Origin: a virus
Lineage: Duplodnaviria; Caudoviricetes
IMG/VR virus record: IMGVR_UViG_3300020043_004465
Span: 1-32,385 of that record
DNA length: 32,385 nt
Direction: 5' to 3' (one strand)
The first letter of the stretch is position 1. Every line of letters starts with the position of its first letter. Under the pieces are notes generated by a model that made no database searches, had not been told where the DNA came from, and saw only the letters and a program-made list of their open reading frames with translations. Below are positions 8,080 to 16,829 of the stretch, piece after piece. A program made the position numbers and the translations under genes.

Positions 8080-9201
8080 TTAAGGAGCAGTAACGAAATC
8101 AGCAGTGAATACACCGTTCACACCTTCGTTCACATCACCGACAGGGAACATGCCATCGTTAGGTGAGAAGCTGTCGTATGCCATGCTTATGAATACATTG
8201 TACTCTTCTGTACACTCGCTTGGCAATATTCGGAAATCAGCTGATACACGCTCAAGACCTGGAAGAGGTGCAGTAAAGCGAGTCATTGTGCCGATGTTAC
8301 CGAACTGACCAACATACTCAAGGAATGGAGTGAACACCACCGAACCAGGAGCAAACACGATGGCTGCATCTTCAGAGCCAAGGATTGTGTTGGCATTAGG
8401 ATCAAAGTAAAACTCAGCAAGTCCGGTATTTTCACGAACAGTTGAGAAATTGATACCATTTGCGCCCTGACCGAAGTAACGGCTATCGTTCATCCATACA
8501 CGCTGAAGCGCACCTGCACCACCGATAATGATAGGCGCACCGTTGAATCCGGTGTTCATGTAGTTCTGCTTCATGGCGAACAGGCCAGCAGCGTAGATAG
8601 AGCCATCAGTACCCTCAACGGTGTAAGAAGGGTTAGCATTACCGCCATACCAGTTACCAGCAGCAGCTTGAATCTGAGTCAGCAGGTCAGCATTGACAGC
8701 CTGAATCAGGGCATTAGTGGAAAGCTGGATGTCATTGTAAAGCTCACGAACAACTGAAAGCGCACCTTGAGCTGCACCGATACCAGCTGCCCGTTCCGCA
8801 ACCATCCCCGGGCTATTTGCGCCCGTTATTGAAATTAAATCGGAGTATGCCGAACAGTATGCACGAAGTTGAGCTTCAGTCATGGTGAAGGACACCTGCT
8901 TGAAGTTGTTAATTTGAAGCGTCTCCTCGATGTAGTTCATCTGAGGGCCAGCTTCGCATGACTTGGTATCCACAACATCAGAAGGAAGCTGACGCTGCTT
9001 GTACACAACACGCACTTCACGGTTGTGGCCTGTTCCGTTATCGTTGGCCTGGCGAATGATTTGACCAGCACGAAGGTTGGAAGGATCGGTAAGGGCAGCG
9101 AGAGTACCGCCCATGATGCCCACATTCTGTGGGTTATTTATCAGGTTGTCGGACAGCGAAGTTAGAATCGCTGGGCAGACATTAGCTGTTGATATTGACA
9201 T
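8080..9201 (-). CDS. Major capsid protein (probable)
   Basis: 373 aa, Ala/Gly/Asn-rich; follows a scaffold-like gene and precedes a strong terminator. Confidence 0.7.
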   Translation of the reverse strand: MSISTANVCPAILTSLSDNLINNPQNVGIMGGTLAALTDPSNLRAGQIIRQANDNGTGHNREVRVVYKQRQLPSDVVDTKSCEAGPQMNYIEETLQINNFKQVSFTMTEAQLRAYCSAYSDLISITGANSPGMVAERAAGIGAAQGALSVVRELYNDIQLSTNALIQAVNADLLTQIQAAAGNWYGGNANPSYTVEGTDGSIYAAGLFAMKQNYMNTGFNGAPIIIGGAGALQRVWMNDSRYFGQGANGINFSTVRENTGLAEFYFDPNANTILGSEDAAIVFAPGSVVFTPFLEYVGQFGNIGTMTRFTAPLPGLERVSADFRILPSECTEEYNVFISMAYDSFSPNDGMFPVGDVNEGVNGVFTADFVTAP

Positions 9202-9215
9202 TTTAGTAAATGAGA

Positions 9216-10115
9216 TTAATGCATTTTCTGAGCAATGGATTCAATCTGCGCTAAAGCAGAGCGAACCTGTTGCGGAAGTTGTGTGCCTTGGCTCACCGTA
9301 GGTGCAGCCGGAAAGTTGGGTGTGCCTGCTAAATATTGCCCAGGGCTAGAGCCACCTGATCCCTGTTCTTTAAGTAGCTTATTCTCCTGCAAAACTAATG
9401 CAGAAAGGTCAGAATAGGAAAACTCTCTGCCATTGTGGACAAGTGGAAGTGATGGGTCTTTAGCATTGACTAGCTTGGCAGCATTGCGCTCGGCATCATA
9501 AATGATTTGCCCATCAAGAGCAGCCAACTTACGCTCAAGCACTGCCTGATAAGCTGGCACTCTGGCTGCCTCCGGTATCTGGTCATTCCACTGAATGCCG
9601 TTGAGCTGTGTTTGTTCCCAAAGGTTTTTCATTTTAGAAACATAACGCTGCTCGATTAGGTTCTTATCAGCTTCAGCCTTACTAACCAAGTCATCATACT
9701 TGGCCTGAGCCTCTGCCATCTTTTTCAGAAACTCCTCGCTCTGGTTAGTGTTTACTGAGTTCTTAGCCTTTTCCTCCAAGTCCTTCAGCTTCTTAAGAGC
9801 CAGCTTAATCTTGTCTCCTGAGTTCTTAGTTACCTTAAGCTCCTCAATGCTGTTGCTGTCCAGACCGTACTCTTTTGCCATCCGAACAATCTCCTCATCG
9901 TAACCCATCATATAGTTACTGATGAAGTGCTTTTTGAGGTCGAGGCTGGTCTTAGCAAGCTCGAAGTCATAGAGATTAGTGTTGAACTTGTTGCTGATAG
10001 CCTCCGGCACTTGAATGTCATTCAGCACCGAAGCACTAATCATTAGGTTGAACTCAGGATCATCTGATACCCCAGCACGTTTGGCTTGCTGGATTAAAAA
10101 CTCTTTAATGTTCAT
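9216..10115 (-). CDS. Capsid scaffolding protein (probable)
   Basis: Charged coiled-coil protein with a Gly/Pro-rich C-terminal linker, directly upstream of the capsid gene. Confidence 0.6.
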   Translation of the reverse strand: MNIKEFLIQQAKRAGVSDDPEFNLMISASVLNDIQVPEAISNKFNTNLYDFELAKTSLDLKKHFISNYMMGYDEEIVRMAKEYGLDSNSIEELKVTKNSGDKIKLALKKLKDLEEKAKNSVNTNQSEEFLKKMAEAQAKYDDLVSKAEADKNLIEQRYVSKMKNLWEQTQLNGIQWNDQIPEAARVPAYQAVLERKLAALDGQIIYDAERNAAKLVNAKDPSLPLVHNGREFSYSDLSALVLQENKLLKEQGSGGSSPGQYLAGTPNFPAAPTVSQGTQLPQQVRSALAQIESIAQKMH

Positions 10116-10117
10116 AA

Positions 10118-10591
10118 TTATAGGGGCAAATCGTTTAAGTCTTGGTCAGGATGAATGAAGTTAGCAGGATTGTCCAAGTCATTCTCGGACACTTCCTCAA
10201 CCACTGCCTTGCGCTTACGCTTTGGCTTTTCTTCTTCTTCGGTTGTTGTTGCAGCAGCTTTCATTTCTGCCTCCATTTCGGCAAGTATTTGTGCCTTCAG
10301 TTCTGCCTTTAGCTTGCTCAGAAGCTCAGGATTGCTGAGTGAGTTCTGGTCAATTGGCTGCATGACCTTACCGATGTAAAGCTCACCCATTGGCCTGATT
10401 TTAGACCAGCTGAATGACCGCTTATTAACTGGCTTAGAAAGCTCACGAAGCGCACCAGCAGCATTAACTGTTACCTCATAAGGTATGTCTTGCGCTCCTG
10501 TTGCCGGGTTCATTTGCCAGCGAATTACTTTGACCAATGCTCGCTTACCACCAGTCCTGATGGCATCACGGATGTACTGTAAATTATCCAT
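10118..10591 (-). CDS. Hypothetical head-module protein
   Basis: 157 aa; helical and charged C-terminal half (EEEEKPKRKRK). Confidence 0.7.
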   Translation of the reverse strand: MDNLQYIRDAIRTGGKRALVKVIRWQMNPATGAQDIPYEVTVNAAGALRELSKPVNKRSFSWSKIRPMGELYIGKVMQPIDQNSLSNPELLSKLKAELKAQILAEMEAEMKAAATTTEEEEKPKRKRKAVVEEVSENDLDNPANFIHPDQDLNDLPL

Positions 10592-10609
10592 TATAGTTAT
10601 TTAATTAAG

Positions 10610-11272
10610 TTACCCTGTATGATGAATTTGTGAACGGAGCATTCCAGAACTGCCTCGCTCCTGGTAGGCAATTGGTGGCTTAAAGCCATAGGCATTGCAA
10701 TCACTCTGCATGTCGGCTGTCATTGCATCTAGGCCATTGGTTTGCACTTGTGTTTTAGTTAGCCAATCCAGAGCGCAATGATTGGTAATGATGTAGGCAT
10801 GGGTTAGCCACATGCCATCACCCTTCCAGAGATCAGGTAGCTCAGGTATCTCAATTTTTGAGATAGTCTGCTCCTTGTAGCCAGCGTAATAGTTCCAGCC
10901 TAAGTGCAGGAAGTCAAACTCTGGCAACTTGTTCCAATTGGTTACAAGTTTAATGAGCTTGTCAATGTCGAACCTTGCATCATCTTCCAAAACCAAAGCA
11001 GACTGATGCCCATTTTGGACAATTTTTGTCCAAACCTCCCGATGAGAGGCACAGCATCCTATCTCTCCGATGCTCATGTTTGGCCTCTGCCTTGCCTTCT
11101 TTATGCTATTATCAACTTTATGACCTGGCTTATTGCCATCGTTGGCAAGATGCCAATTAGGAAGGTTGCCATGAATGTCTGTTATGCCATTAAGGTGTTG
11201 GAGTAACCTACTCCTTCTCTGGCTGGCTTTCTTGAGGCTTATGAAGTAGATTGCATCAACAGGCAACTTCAC
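10610..11272 (-). CDS. Glycosyltransferase family 25
   Basis: IYFISL....RR, GEIGCCASHREVW, LVLEDDA, THAYII motifs; likely GTG start at 11272 rather than 11389. Confidence 0.9.
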   Translation of the reverse strand: MKLPVDAIYFISLKKASQRRSRLLQHLNGITDIHGNLPNWHLANDGNKPGHKVDNSIKKARQRPNMSIGEIGCCASHREVWTKIVQNGHQSALVLEDDARFDIDKLIKLVTNWNKLPEFDFLHLGWNYYAGYKEQTISKIEIPELPDLWKGDGMWLTHAYIITNHCALDWLTKTQVQTNGLDAMTADMQSDCNAYGFKPPIAYQERGSSGMLRSQIHHTG

Positions 11273-11741
11273 AGCTAATCCTCTCGGTAACCGAGAAGTC
11301 GATGCTGAAGAAGGAGGTCTCGAAGTTGCGCTCTGCAAGTCCGAAGTATTGACTTGCGATTGCTTTGGAATTGTAATCCGTACCGGCATAAGTTATACCC
11401 TTAGTTCTGTTGATTATAGAAGTGATGCCGAACTCGGCATTCTCGAAGTTGCTGTTGGCTATGAGCTTGAAGTTTACTGTCCTGAGCAGGCTGTTGGCTC
11501 TACCTCCGGCAGGTGCTGCCTCTACTGAGGCTGATTCTCGCACGAAGAACACTACCAAAGGGTAGGTGTCATTGACAGCGCAATAAGTGTTGCCATCCTT
11601 GGTAACATAGTTGCCTGCACTGCCTTCCAGAATGCTCTCCACAGCCTCGCCATAGTTCAGCATGTTGTTCACAAATGTGCCTGCCATATTCTCGCAGAGA
11701 GACTTCAGGGCAGATTCAACGGTTACTTTGGTAACTATCAT
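11256..11741 (-). CDS. Putative tail terminator / head-tail joining protein
   Basis: 161 aa alpha/beta pattern (YPLVVFFV), downstream of a neck-like gene; call rests on synteny. Confidence 0.45.
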   Translation of the reverse strand: MIVTKVTVESALKSLCENMAGTFVNNMLNYGEAVESILEGSAGNYVTKDGNTYCAVNDTYPLVVFFVRESASVEAAPAGGRANSLLRTVNFKLIANSNFENAEFGITSIINRTKGITYAGTDYNSKAIASQYFGLAERNFETSFFSIDFSVTERISCEVAC

Positions 11742-12256
11742 TTGCTCAGGAATTGTGTTGCCAGGCGATTAATAATCTGGAGTGATTGATCCAGTTCTTC
11801 TTTTGATAGCTCAAAGGTAGTGCCAAATCTGCTTTCCAACGAGTTAGCAATGTTGGCTTGCTCTGCTGATGTAAATGCAACCCCATAGGCAGTATCAGAA
11901 ATAGGCACAGGCTTCCAGGACTTGAACATATCACCACTAAATGTAAAGTCAATGTATGCAGTCTGGAGACCCAGCTTTTGCCTGAGCTGCTTATAGCTGT
12001 CTGTGCTGCTTAATGTGGCAAGTCGCTTCTTGCTGGCAAAGCTCTGTGCCTTACCAAAGGCAGAAGGAATAGACTTGTTGCCATACTGCCCAATCTGGCT
12101 ACCATCAGACTTTTCGCCATCCTGTTGCACCCTTGCCTGCACAGCAGGAGCAGCATATAGAGCAGCTGCCCTTAACACCTTGTCGGCTTTGCTTGCCTCC
12201 TTAAAGTTCTTGAGCTGCTGCTTTAGGAAAGCTGATGTGCTATCATAGACTGGCAT
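11738..12256 (-). CDS. Putative neck / tail completion protein
   Basis: Basic protein with R.QQDG..SDGS.IG.Y, Y...R.K.G.QT..IDFTFSGDM, F.LSKEE pattern seen in virion morphogenesis proteins. Confidence 0.6.
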   Translation of the reverse strand: MPVYDSTSAFLKQQLKNFKEASKADKVLRAAALYAAPAVQARVQQDGEKSDGSQIGQYGNKSIPSAFGKAQSFASKKRLATLSSTDSYKQLRQKLGLQTAYIDFTFSGDMFKSWKPVPISDTAYGVAFTSAEQANIANSLESRFGTTFELSKEELDQSLQIINRLATQFLSK

Positions 12257-12332
12257 AAATTATTTTGAAAATATTTTTGCAGTTATTTATCCTTTGCTTT
12301 AATTGCCACCCAAATCTAACCAATAATTAATT

Positions 12333-12641
12333 ATGAACATGAAAGCAAATGTGCGCATCGACCTGAACAATGATATGTGGGTTGATGTAAAGGGAGCAAC
12401 AATCCATGATGTGCAGAGGGCATGTCTTATAGGAGGAATGGTACTAGTTTATCACCTTTACCAAGAAACCTACTGCCTCAGTTATATTTACAGAAATGGT
12501 AAGGTCAATATTCAGTTTATCGGCATTGACATTACTAAGGAGCAGTATGAAACTCAGGTAGCAATGTGGGAAGGTGATACGTTTAAGAATGTTGCTCCAG
12601 GTACTCAGTTATTATTAGTTGATGATAAATATTTCATTTAA
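12333..12641 (+). CDS. Hypothetical protein
   Basis: 102 aa; first ORF of the plus-strand island. Confidence 0.7.
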   Translation: MNMKANVRIDLNNDMWVDVKGATIHDVQRACLIGGMVLVYHLYQETYCLSYIYRNGKVNIQFIGIDITKEQYETQVAMWEGDTFKNVAPGTQLLLVDDKYFI

Positions 12642-12760
12642 TGGGAGATCACATGTACGAATTACTCAAGGAGATGGCTATGAAAAGTGTCTTCTATATT
12701 GTTTATGCCATACTAATGGCATTGCTCATCATTAAGTTTATCGAATATGTTTATGGGTGA
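12641..12760 (+). CDS. Small membrane peptide (39 aa)
   Basis: Manual translation MGDHMYELLKEMAMKSVFYIVYAILMALLIIKFIEYVYG*; TAATG coupling to the previous gene. Confidence 0.55.
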   Translation: MGDHMYELLKEMAMKSVFYIVYAILMALLIIKFIEYVYG

Positions 12761-13454
12761 TAGAGATATAACTATATGCCTCACCAGCTGCGGCAGGTGG
12801 CAATTACTTGAAAAGACAATCAGCAGTCTTGTAAGCTATTGGGATGGTAAGCCTCCGGCAGCATTCTACATTCACGATGATTCAGGTGAGCAGAACCAGG
12901 CATTGATGAAGGAGCTTGACCGCTTCCTTATGAGGCACTGGCAAATCATGGCTGACTGGACATTCAGTAACCAAAAAGGCCAGCCACATGCGATTGATAT
13001 GGCTTACATGCTCGTACAGACACCGTACATCTTCCACTGCGAAGATGACTGGGAGTTCTACGAAGGTGGCTTCATAGCCGATTCTCGCTCGGTGCTGGAG
13101 GCAGAACCTAAGTGTGCTTCGGTGTGGATTAGACATCCACAAGACCGCAATAATCACACGGTAATTCCAGCGATGAAAATAACAAGGCAAGCAGTCCGGT
13201 ATCAGCAGATGGCTACTAGATACAAAGGCAATTGGCATGGCATGACTTGGAATCCAGGACTTCGCAGGCTATCGGATTACTTAGCTATGGGTAAGTTTAG
13301 CGACATGTGCGAGTGGAGAGCCAATGACCATTGTCATTCAGAAAAGCAGTTTAATAAAAAGTATTACGAGGCTGGCTATGTAGGCATGAGCCTATGCCGA
13401 GGCTTTGTAAAGCACATCGGGCATTTAGATTCAATTAAGAAGCGAGCAATATGA
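12747..13454 (+). CDS. GT-A fold (GT2-like) glycosyltransferase
   Basis: LTSCGR..LL..T, IHDDS, YIFHCEDDWEF, TWNPGLRR, FVKHIG motifs. Confidence 0.85.
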   Translation: MFMGDRDITICLTSCGRWQLLEKTISSLVSYWDGKPPAAFYIHDDSGEQNQALMKELDRFLMRHWQIMADWTFSNQKGQPHAIDMAYMLVQTPYIFHCEDDWEFYEGGFIADSRSVLEAEPKCASVWIRHPQDRNNHTVIPAMKITRQAVRYQQMATRYKGNWHGMTWNPGLRRLSDYLAMGKFSDMCEWRANDHCHSEKQFNKKYYEAGYVGMSLCRGFVKHIGHLDSIKKRAI

Positions 13455-13681
13455 AAGCAACACTAACATTCGACCTGAGTGATTCAGATGATGCACTTGA
13501 GCATTATCGGTGCATTAAGAGCATTGACATGGCTTTGTTTATCTGGGATTTTGCCAACAAGCTCCGCACTCTTGTAGATACTTCTGAGGATGGCAAGCAC
13601 ATTGATGAGGCTTACATCTGGGAAGCATGGAATGAGCTGAAGGAATCGCATGACATTAACATTGACCGCCTAATTGTATGA
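13451..13681 (+). CDS. Hypothetical protein
   Basis: 76 aa, MKATLTFDL start typical of small phage proteins; ATGA overlaps. Confidence 0.75.
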   Translation: MKATLTFDLSDSDDALEHYRCIKSIDMALFIWDFANKLRTLVDTSEDGKHIDEAYIWEAWNELKESHDINIDRLIV

Positions 13682-13851
13682 CACCACTTGAGCAGCTATT
13701 GGTAATTGTCAAGAAAGAAATGGCTACCAAGCTAACCCTGATGAATCACGATGGCAACGATAAGGCAACCAGAAACTACTGGTCAGGTGGCTTATCTGCG
13801 CTCACATACGTTAAACATGTAATCGAAAGGTTAATTAAGGAAGAGAAATGA
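13678..13851 (+). CDS. Hypothetical protein (57 aa)
   Basis: Manual translation MTPLEQLLVIVKKEM...LIKEEK*; ATGA overlaps at both ends. Confidence 0.7.
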   Translation: MTPLEQLLVIVKKEMATKLTLMNHDGNDKATRNYWSGGLSALTYVKHVIERLIKEEK

Positions 13852-14075
13852 ACAGGCAATCACCAATCGAAGAACTCATTGACTTCATCATTGCCAATGA
13901 AGGTGAAGTAGATGTAAATGATGTGCTTATTAAAGCAGAACTAATTAACATGCGCTCTAAGCCTCGGCAGGCAGGCTGGTACTTCAATGGCAAGCTGTAC
14001 CATGATCTCGATGAGTTAAGAGGCAGAACCATGTCAGAGTATAACCAACCAAAAGCACTTTATTATTATCCATGA
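13848..14075 (+). CDS. Hypothetical protein
   Basis: 75 aa, translationally coupled. Confidence 0.7.
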   Translation: MNRQSPIEELIDFIIANEGEVDVNDVLIKAELINMRSKPRQAGWYFNGKLYHDLDELRGRTMSEYNQPKALYYYP

Positions 14076-14380
14076 AAACAGAAGAAAAAGAAAAAGAATA
14101 TCATGCAGCATACATAGTTTATGAGCAAGCTATGTTACATATTCATCGCTTAACAGCAGATATGAAAGATAAATCTATGGCAAGTCTTATTCATTATGAA
14201 ATAATGAGGTCGCTCAGGAAATCAGTTGAGATTGCTGTTGAGAAAGAAAAAAAGCATATCGAAGATGCTTATGACTATGGTTTAGCAAATGGTTTAGATT
14301 GGGGAGCTGATGACAATGATGAACCAGATTTTGCAAACGGAGAAGAATATTACAAAAAAACCTATGGGCACTATAATTAG
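14072..14380 (+). CDS. Hypothetical protein
   Basis: 102 aa with EKEK.HIEDAY...GEEYYKKTYG pattern; AT-rich. Confidence 0.7.
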   Translation: MKTEEKEKEYHAAYIVYEQAMLHIHRLTADMKDKSMASLIHYEIMRSLRKSVEIAVEKEKKHIEDAYDYGLANGLDWGADDNDEPDFANGEEYYKKTYGHYN

Positions 14381-14618
14381 CAGCTACTTAGACAATCATC
14401 CAGAGGATCAGCCATTGCAGGCAGTAGATCATCCTGCTCACTATGGAGGAGCAGACAACACCTATGAGGCAATCAAGGTGATAGAGGCTTGGGAGCTTGG
14501 CTTTAACCTTGGCAATGTGGTCAAGTACATTAGCAGAGCAGGCAAGAAGGGCAGCAAGTTGGAGGACTTGAAGAAGGCGCAGTGGTATTTGACAAGGGAG
14601 ATTGAGAAGTTATCATAA
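14364..14618 (+). CDS. DUF3310 / SaV-like (T7 gp1.7-like nucleotide kinase) protein
   Basis: VDHPAHY, F.LGNVVKYISRAGKK, EDLKKAQWYL motifs; likely start at ATG 14364. Confidence 0.88.
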   Translation: MGTIISSYLDNHPEDQPLQAVDHPAHYGGADNTYEAIKVIEAWELGFNLGNVVKYISRAGKKGSKLEDLKKAQWYLTREIEKLS

Positions 14619-14639
14619 ATATAGAAGCATAACTCAAAA

Positions 14640-14819
14640 ATGAATAATTACGCAATGGTCTTCCTAATCGAATTGTCTCGCTTAACCGGAAAAGACATAG
14701 ACACCATTATTAAGGAAAATGAGGAGGCCCGAAAAGAATTAATGAATCAAGACCCTAAAGAATTTTGGCGCAAGATTTTTAATGAAGACCCGCCCAACGA
14801 TTGGCCGCCAAGACTTTGA
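14640..14819 (+). CDS. Hypothetical protein (59 aa)
   Basis: Manual translation MNNYAMVFLIELSRLTGKDID...PPNDWPPRL*. Confidence 0.55.
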   Translation: MNNYAMVFLIELSRLTGKDIDTIIKENEEARKELMNQDPKEFWRKIFNEDPPNDWPPRL

Positions 14820-14940
14820 AATAATTATTGCGTGATATATTATCAATTTATGTCTTGACAAAATCTGTCAAAAAGTAAAGTTATGACATTACATTTTTGT
14901 ACGGCAATTGTCCGTACATTCCGTTGATTACAGCAACGTG
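14820..14940. repeat. Array of distinct short inverted repeats
   Basis: TGATA-3-TATCA, TTGACA-5-TGTCAA, GTAAAG-6-CATTAC (1 mismatch), TGTACGG-7-CCGTACA, CGTTG-7-CAACG in tandem. Confidence 0.8.
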
Positions 14941-15975
14941 TTAAGGCCTCACAAACCCTTGCTGAATCAGTCCGGCATTATCGCAATTAAAGCACAGACC
15001 TTCGCCTCTAAGGTTAAGCTGTCTTGCCCAGATTGCAAGTGATTGCTGATAGCCATCAAGGAAGGTAGCCATAGCTCGTTCAGTGAACTCTCTATTGCCC
15101 TGACTGAAGTAGTTGGCTCTTGGTGAGGCAACCTTCTGCCAGAGTATCTGATAGCACAGCAAATTCGCCCAGGCGTCAAGCAGAAACTCTCTCTGCTGGC
15201 AGATGAAGCTATCAAGTGAGCATAGCAGTTGAGCATCTATGTAAACTCCTGACTGGCTACTATCCTGCGACCAGCTATCGCCAAAGCCATAACCAAGCGG
15301 AGCAGTTACCGGAAATATGCTCCAGCCATTGCGCCAGAGGTAGGTGAAGCGAGTGGCACATTCCAAGTCCATCTGCGCCCATCCATAATCACTAAACATT
15401 CCGGTACTGGTAGGAAGGTTGGTGCAATCGACTGCCACCATGATGTTGAGTTTGTCAAAGTCAGAGTAGAACTCCTTATTGACTTGAATGTAATTCATGC
15501 CCTCAACTAGGTCAGCAGTGCCTGATTCCAGCAGCTTGCCATCCTGAGTTTGGTAGATGTACCAATCGATGCCATTGACAGGAGGGCCAGCATTGAATAT
15601 GTATATCTGCTTCACTCGCATTGACAGATACTTGCTGCCTTGAATGCTCACGAATGTGCCTTTAAGAATTGCCTCTGCCGGAACTGTCTGCACTTGCTGC
15701 CATTGCTGGACAAACTCCTTGCGTGTTTGGAATAGCACCTGATCTAATTGAGCCTCTGCTGAAGTGAATAATGCAGCTTGCACATCACGCTTAAGCCTTA
15801 CATAGCTCACAGCCTGTGCGCTGTTCCACATGCCTACATAAGACACCTGCTCCGGTGTGGCAATCTTATCCAGCAGCTCCGAACTCATGCCCGGATAATC
15901 GTTTATGTATAGGCCAGACAATGGCACATCTGATGTGCAACCCTTAAGTCCGATGTAATCTTCGAGGCAATTCAT
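14941..15975 (-). CDS. Virion structural protein, putative head-tail adaptor
   Basis: About 344 aa; MNCLEDYIGLKGC...SGLYINDYPG start, helical C-terminus ending in C..C; likely ATG at 15975. Confidence 0.55.
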   Translation of the reverse strand: MNCLEDYIGLKGCTSDVPLSGLYINDYPGMSSELLDKIATPEQVSYVGMWNSAQAVSYVRLKRDVQAALFTSAEAQLDQVLFQTRKEFVQQWQQVQTVPAEAILKGTFVSIQGSKYLSMRVKQIYIFNAGPPVNGIDWYIYQTQDGKLLESGTADLVEGMNYIQVNKEFYSDFDKLNIMVAVDCTNLPTSTGMFSDYGWAQMDLECATRFTYLWRNGWSIFPVTAPLGYGFGDSWSQDSSQSGVYIDAQLLCSLDSFICQQREFLLDAWANLLCYQILWQKVASPRANYFSQGNREFTERAMATFLDGYQQSLAIWARQLNLRGEGLCFNCDNAGLIQQGFVRP

Positions 15976-15980
15976 AATCA

Positions 15981-15988
15981 CAAAAATA
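15981..15988 (-). promoter_or_regulatory. -7 promoter box TATTTTTG
   Basis: 5 nt upstream of the ATG at 15975. Confidence 0.55.
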
Positions 15989-15989
15989 G

Positions 15990-16310
15990 TTAATTATCAG
16001 GAGTGCCGATATTCGGTGCAGTAATCCTAAATATCTTATTAGTTAAAGCTACCCAGGCACTAAGTACCTGCCCTAGAATAAACATCAGCACCGAATCAGA
16101 TGCTTGCACTTTCTCAATCTTATAGAGCCAGCCTACACCGAGCAGCAGGCCAACCATGACCACCGATGTGCAGGTGTAAGCATACACTTGCATGCGCTTA
16201 CTAAACAGCGCAGAGGTTACAGGTGTGGAAATAATCCTTTGATTATTCCGCCCACGAATCTGCCTGTTCTTTCCGCTTTCTCGCCCTTCCTGACTTTCTC
16301 GCTCTGACAT
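15990..16310 (-). CDS. Two-TM membrane protein, holin candidate
   Basis: Two hydrophobic segments; lies in the lysis cassette; the start may be the ATG at 16193. Confidence 0.55.
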   Translation of the reverse strand: MSERESQEGRESGKNRQIRGRNNQRIISTPVTSALFSKRMQVYAYTCTSVVMVGLLLGVGWLYKIEKVQASDSVLMFILGQVLSAWVALTNKIFRITAPNIGTPDN

Positions 16311-16537
16311 GAATCGAGGTAAATAACTGACTTGGCAAGTGCTGCTGTCTCCATGTTGAGGCTGTCGATGCGCTGCTCTGTCCTGATGTTTTTAACCCAT
16401 GCGCCTGCTGTAAGCTCCTCATTGGACTTGATTAATAAGTTAAGTTTATCATGCTGCTTGCGAGCAGTGTAGATGTCTCCACCAACATAAATCAGGAAGA
16501 TGACAAACAAAACGAATGTGTCTTTATTCACTGTCAT
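16217..16537 (-). CDS. N-terminal TM plus coiled-coil protein (i-spanin-like candidate)
   Basis: FVLFVIFLIYV anchor followed by a helical region; lies in the lysis cassette. Confidence 0.5.
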   Translation of the reverse strand: MTVNKDTFVLFVIFLIYVGGDIYTARKQHDKLNLLIKSNEELTAGAWVKNIRTEQRIDSLNMETAALAKSVIYLDSCQSEKVRKGEKAERTGRFVGGIIKGLFPHL

Positions 16538-16827
16538 TTGAGTAGCTTTTTTAATTGCAGAAATAATTGGTGGTACTTGCTCATCTCAACCAATTCACCA
16601 CCTTCATTATGGGCAATTGTGGTTGCCTTCATTTCCCGATGAATGTCAAGCACAACTCGGTACAAGCGGTAGAACAGAATCAGCGACCATCCGTGATGGT
16701 ATAGCCACTCTTCGCCTATGTTGTAGAATTGTGGGTCAGGATTAGCCATTTTAGTCAGTATGATAGCTCCATAGGCAGGAGTATCATGTACAAATTTTAC
16801 TAACTCCAGCTTCAGTTCAGTAGTCAT
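16534..16827 (-). CDS. Hypothetical lysis-cassette protein (holin-like candidate)
   Basis: Likely start MTTELK at 16827, just after the endolysin stop; only weakly hydrophobic segments. Confidence 0.5.
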   Translation of the reverse strand: MTTELKLELVKFVHDTPAYGAIILTKMANPDPQFYNIGEEWLYHHGWSLILFYRLYRVVLDIHREMKATTIAHNEGGELVEMSKYHQLFLQLKKLLK

Positions 16828-16829
16828 TA

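Noticed and set aside
11273-11389. N-terminal extension of GT25 in the ORF track
   Set aside because: Ser/Arg-rich read-through overlapping the upstream gene; the GT25 fold begins at the GTG at 11272.
14820-14940. CRISPR or mini-CRISPR array
   Set aside because: No constant repeat separated by spacers; every unit differs, and there are no cas genes.
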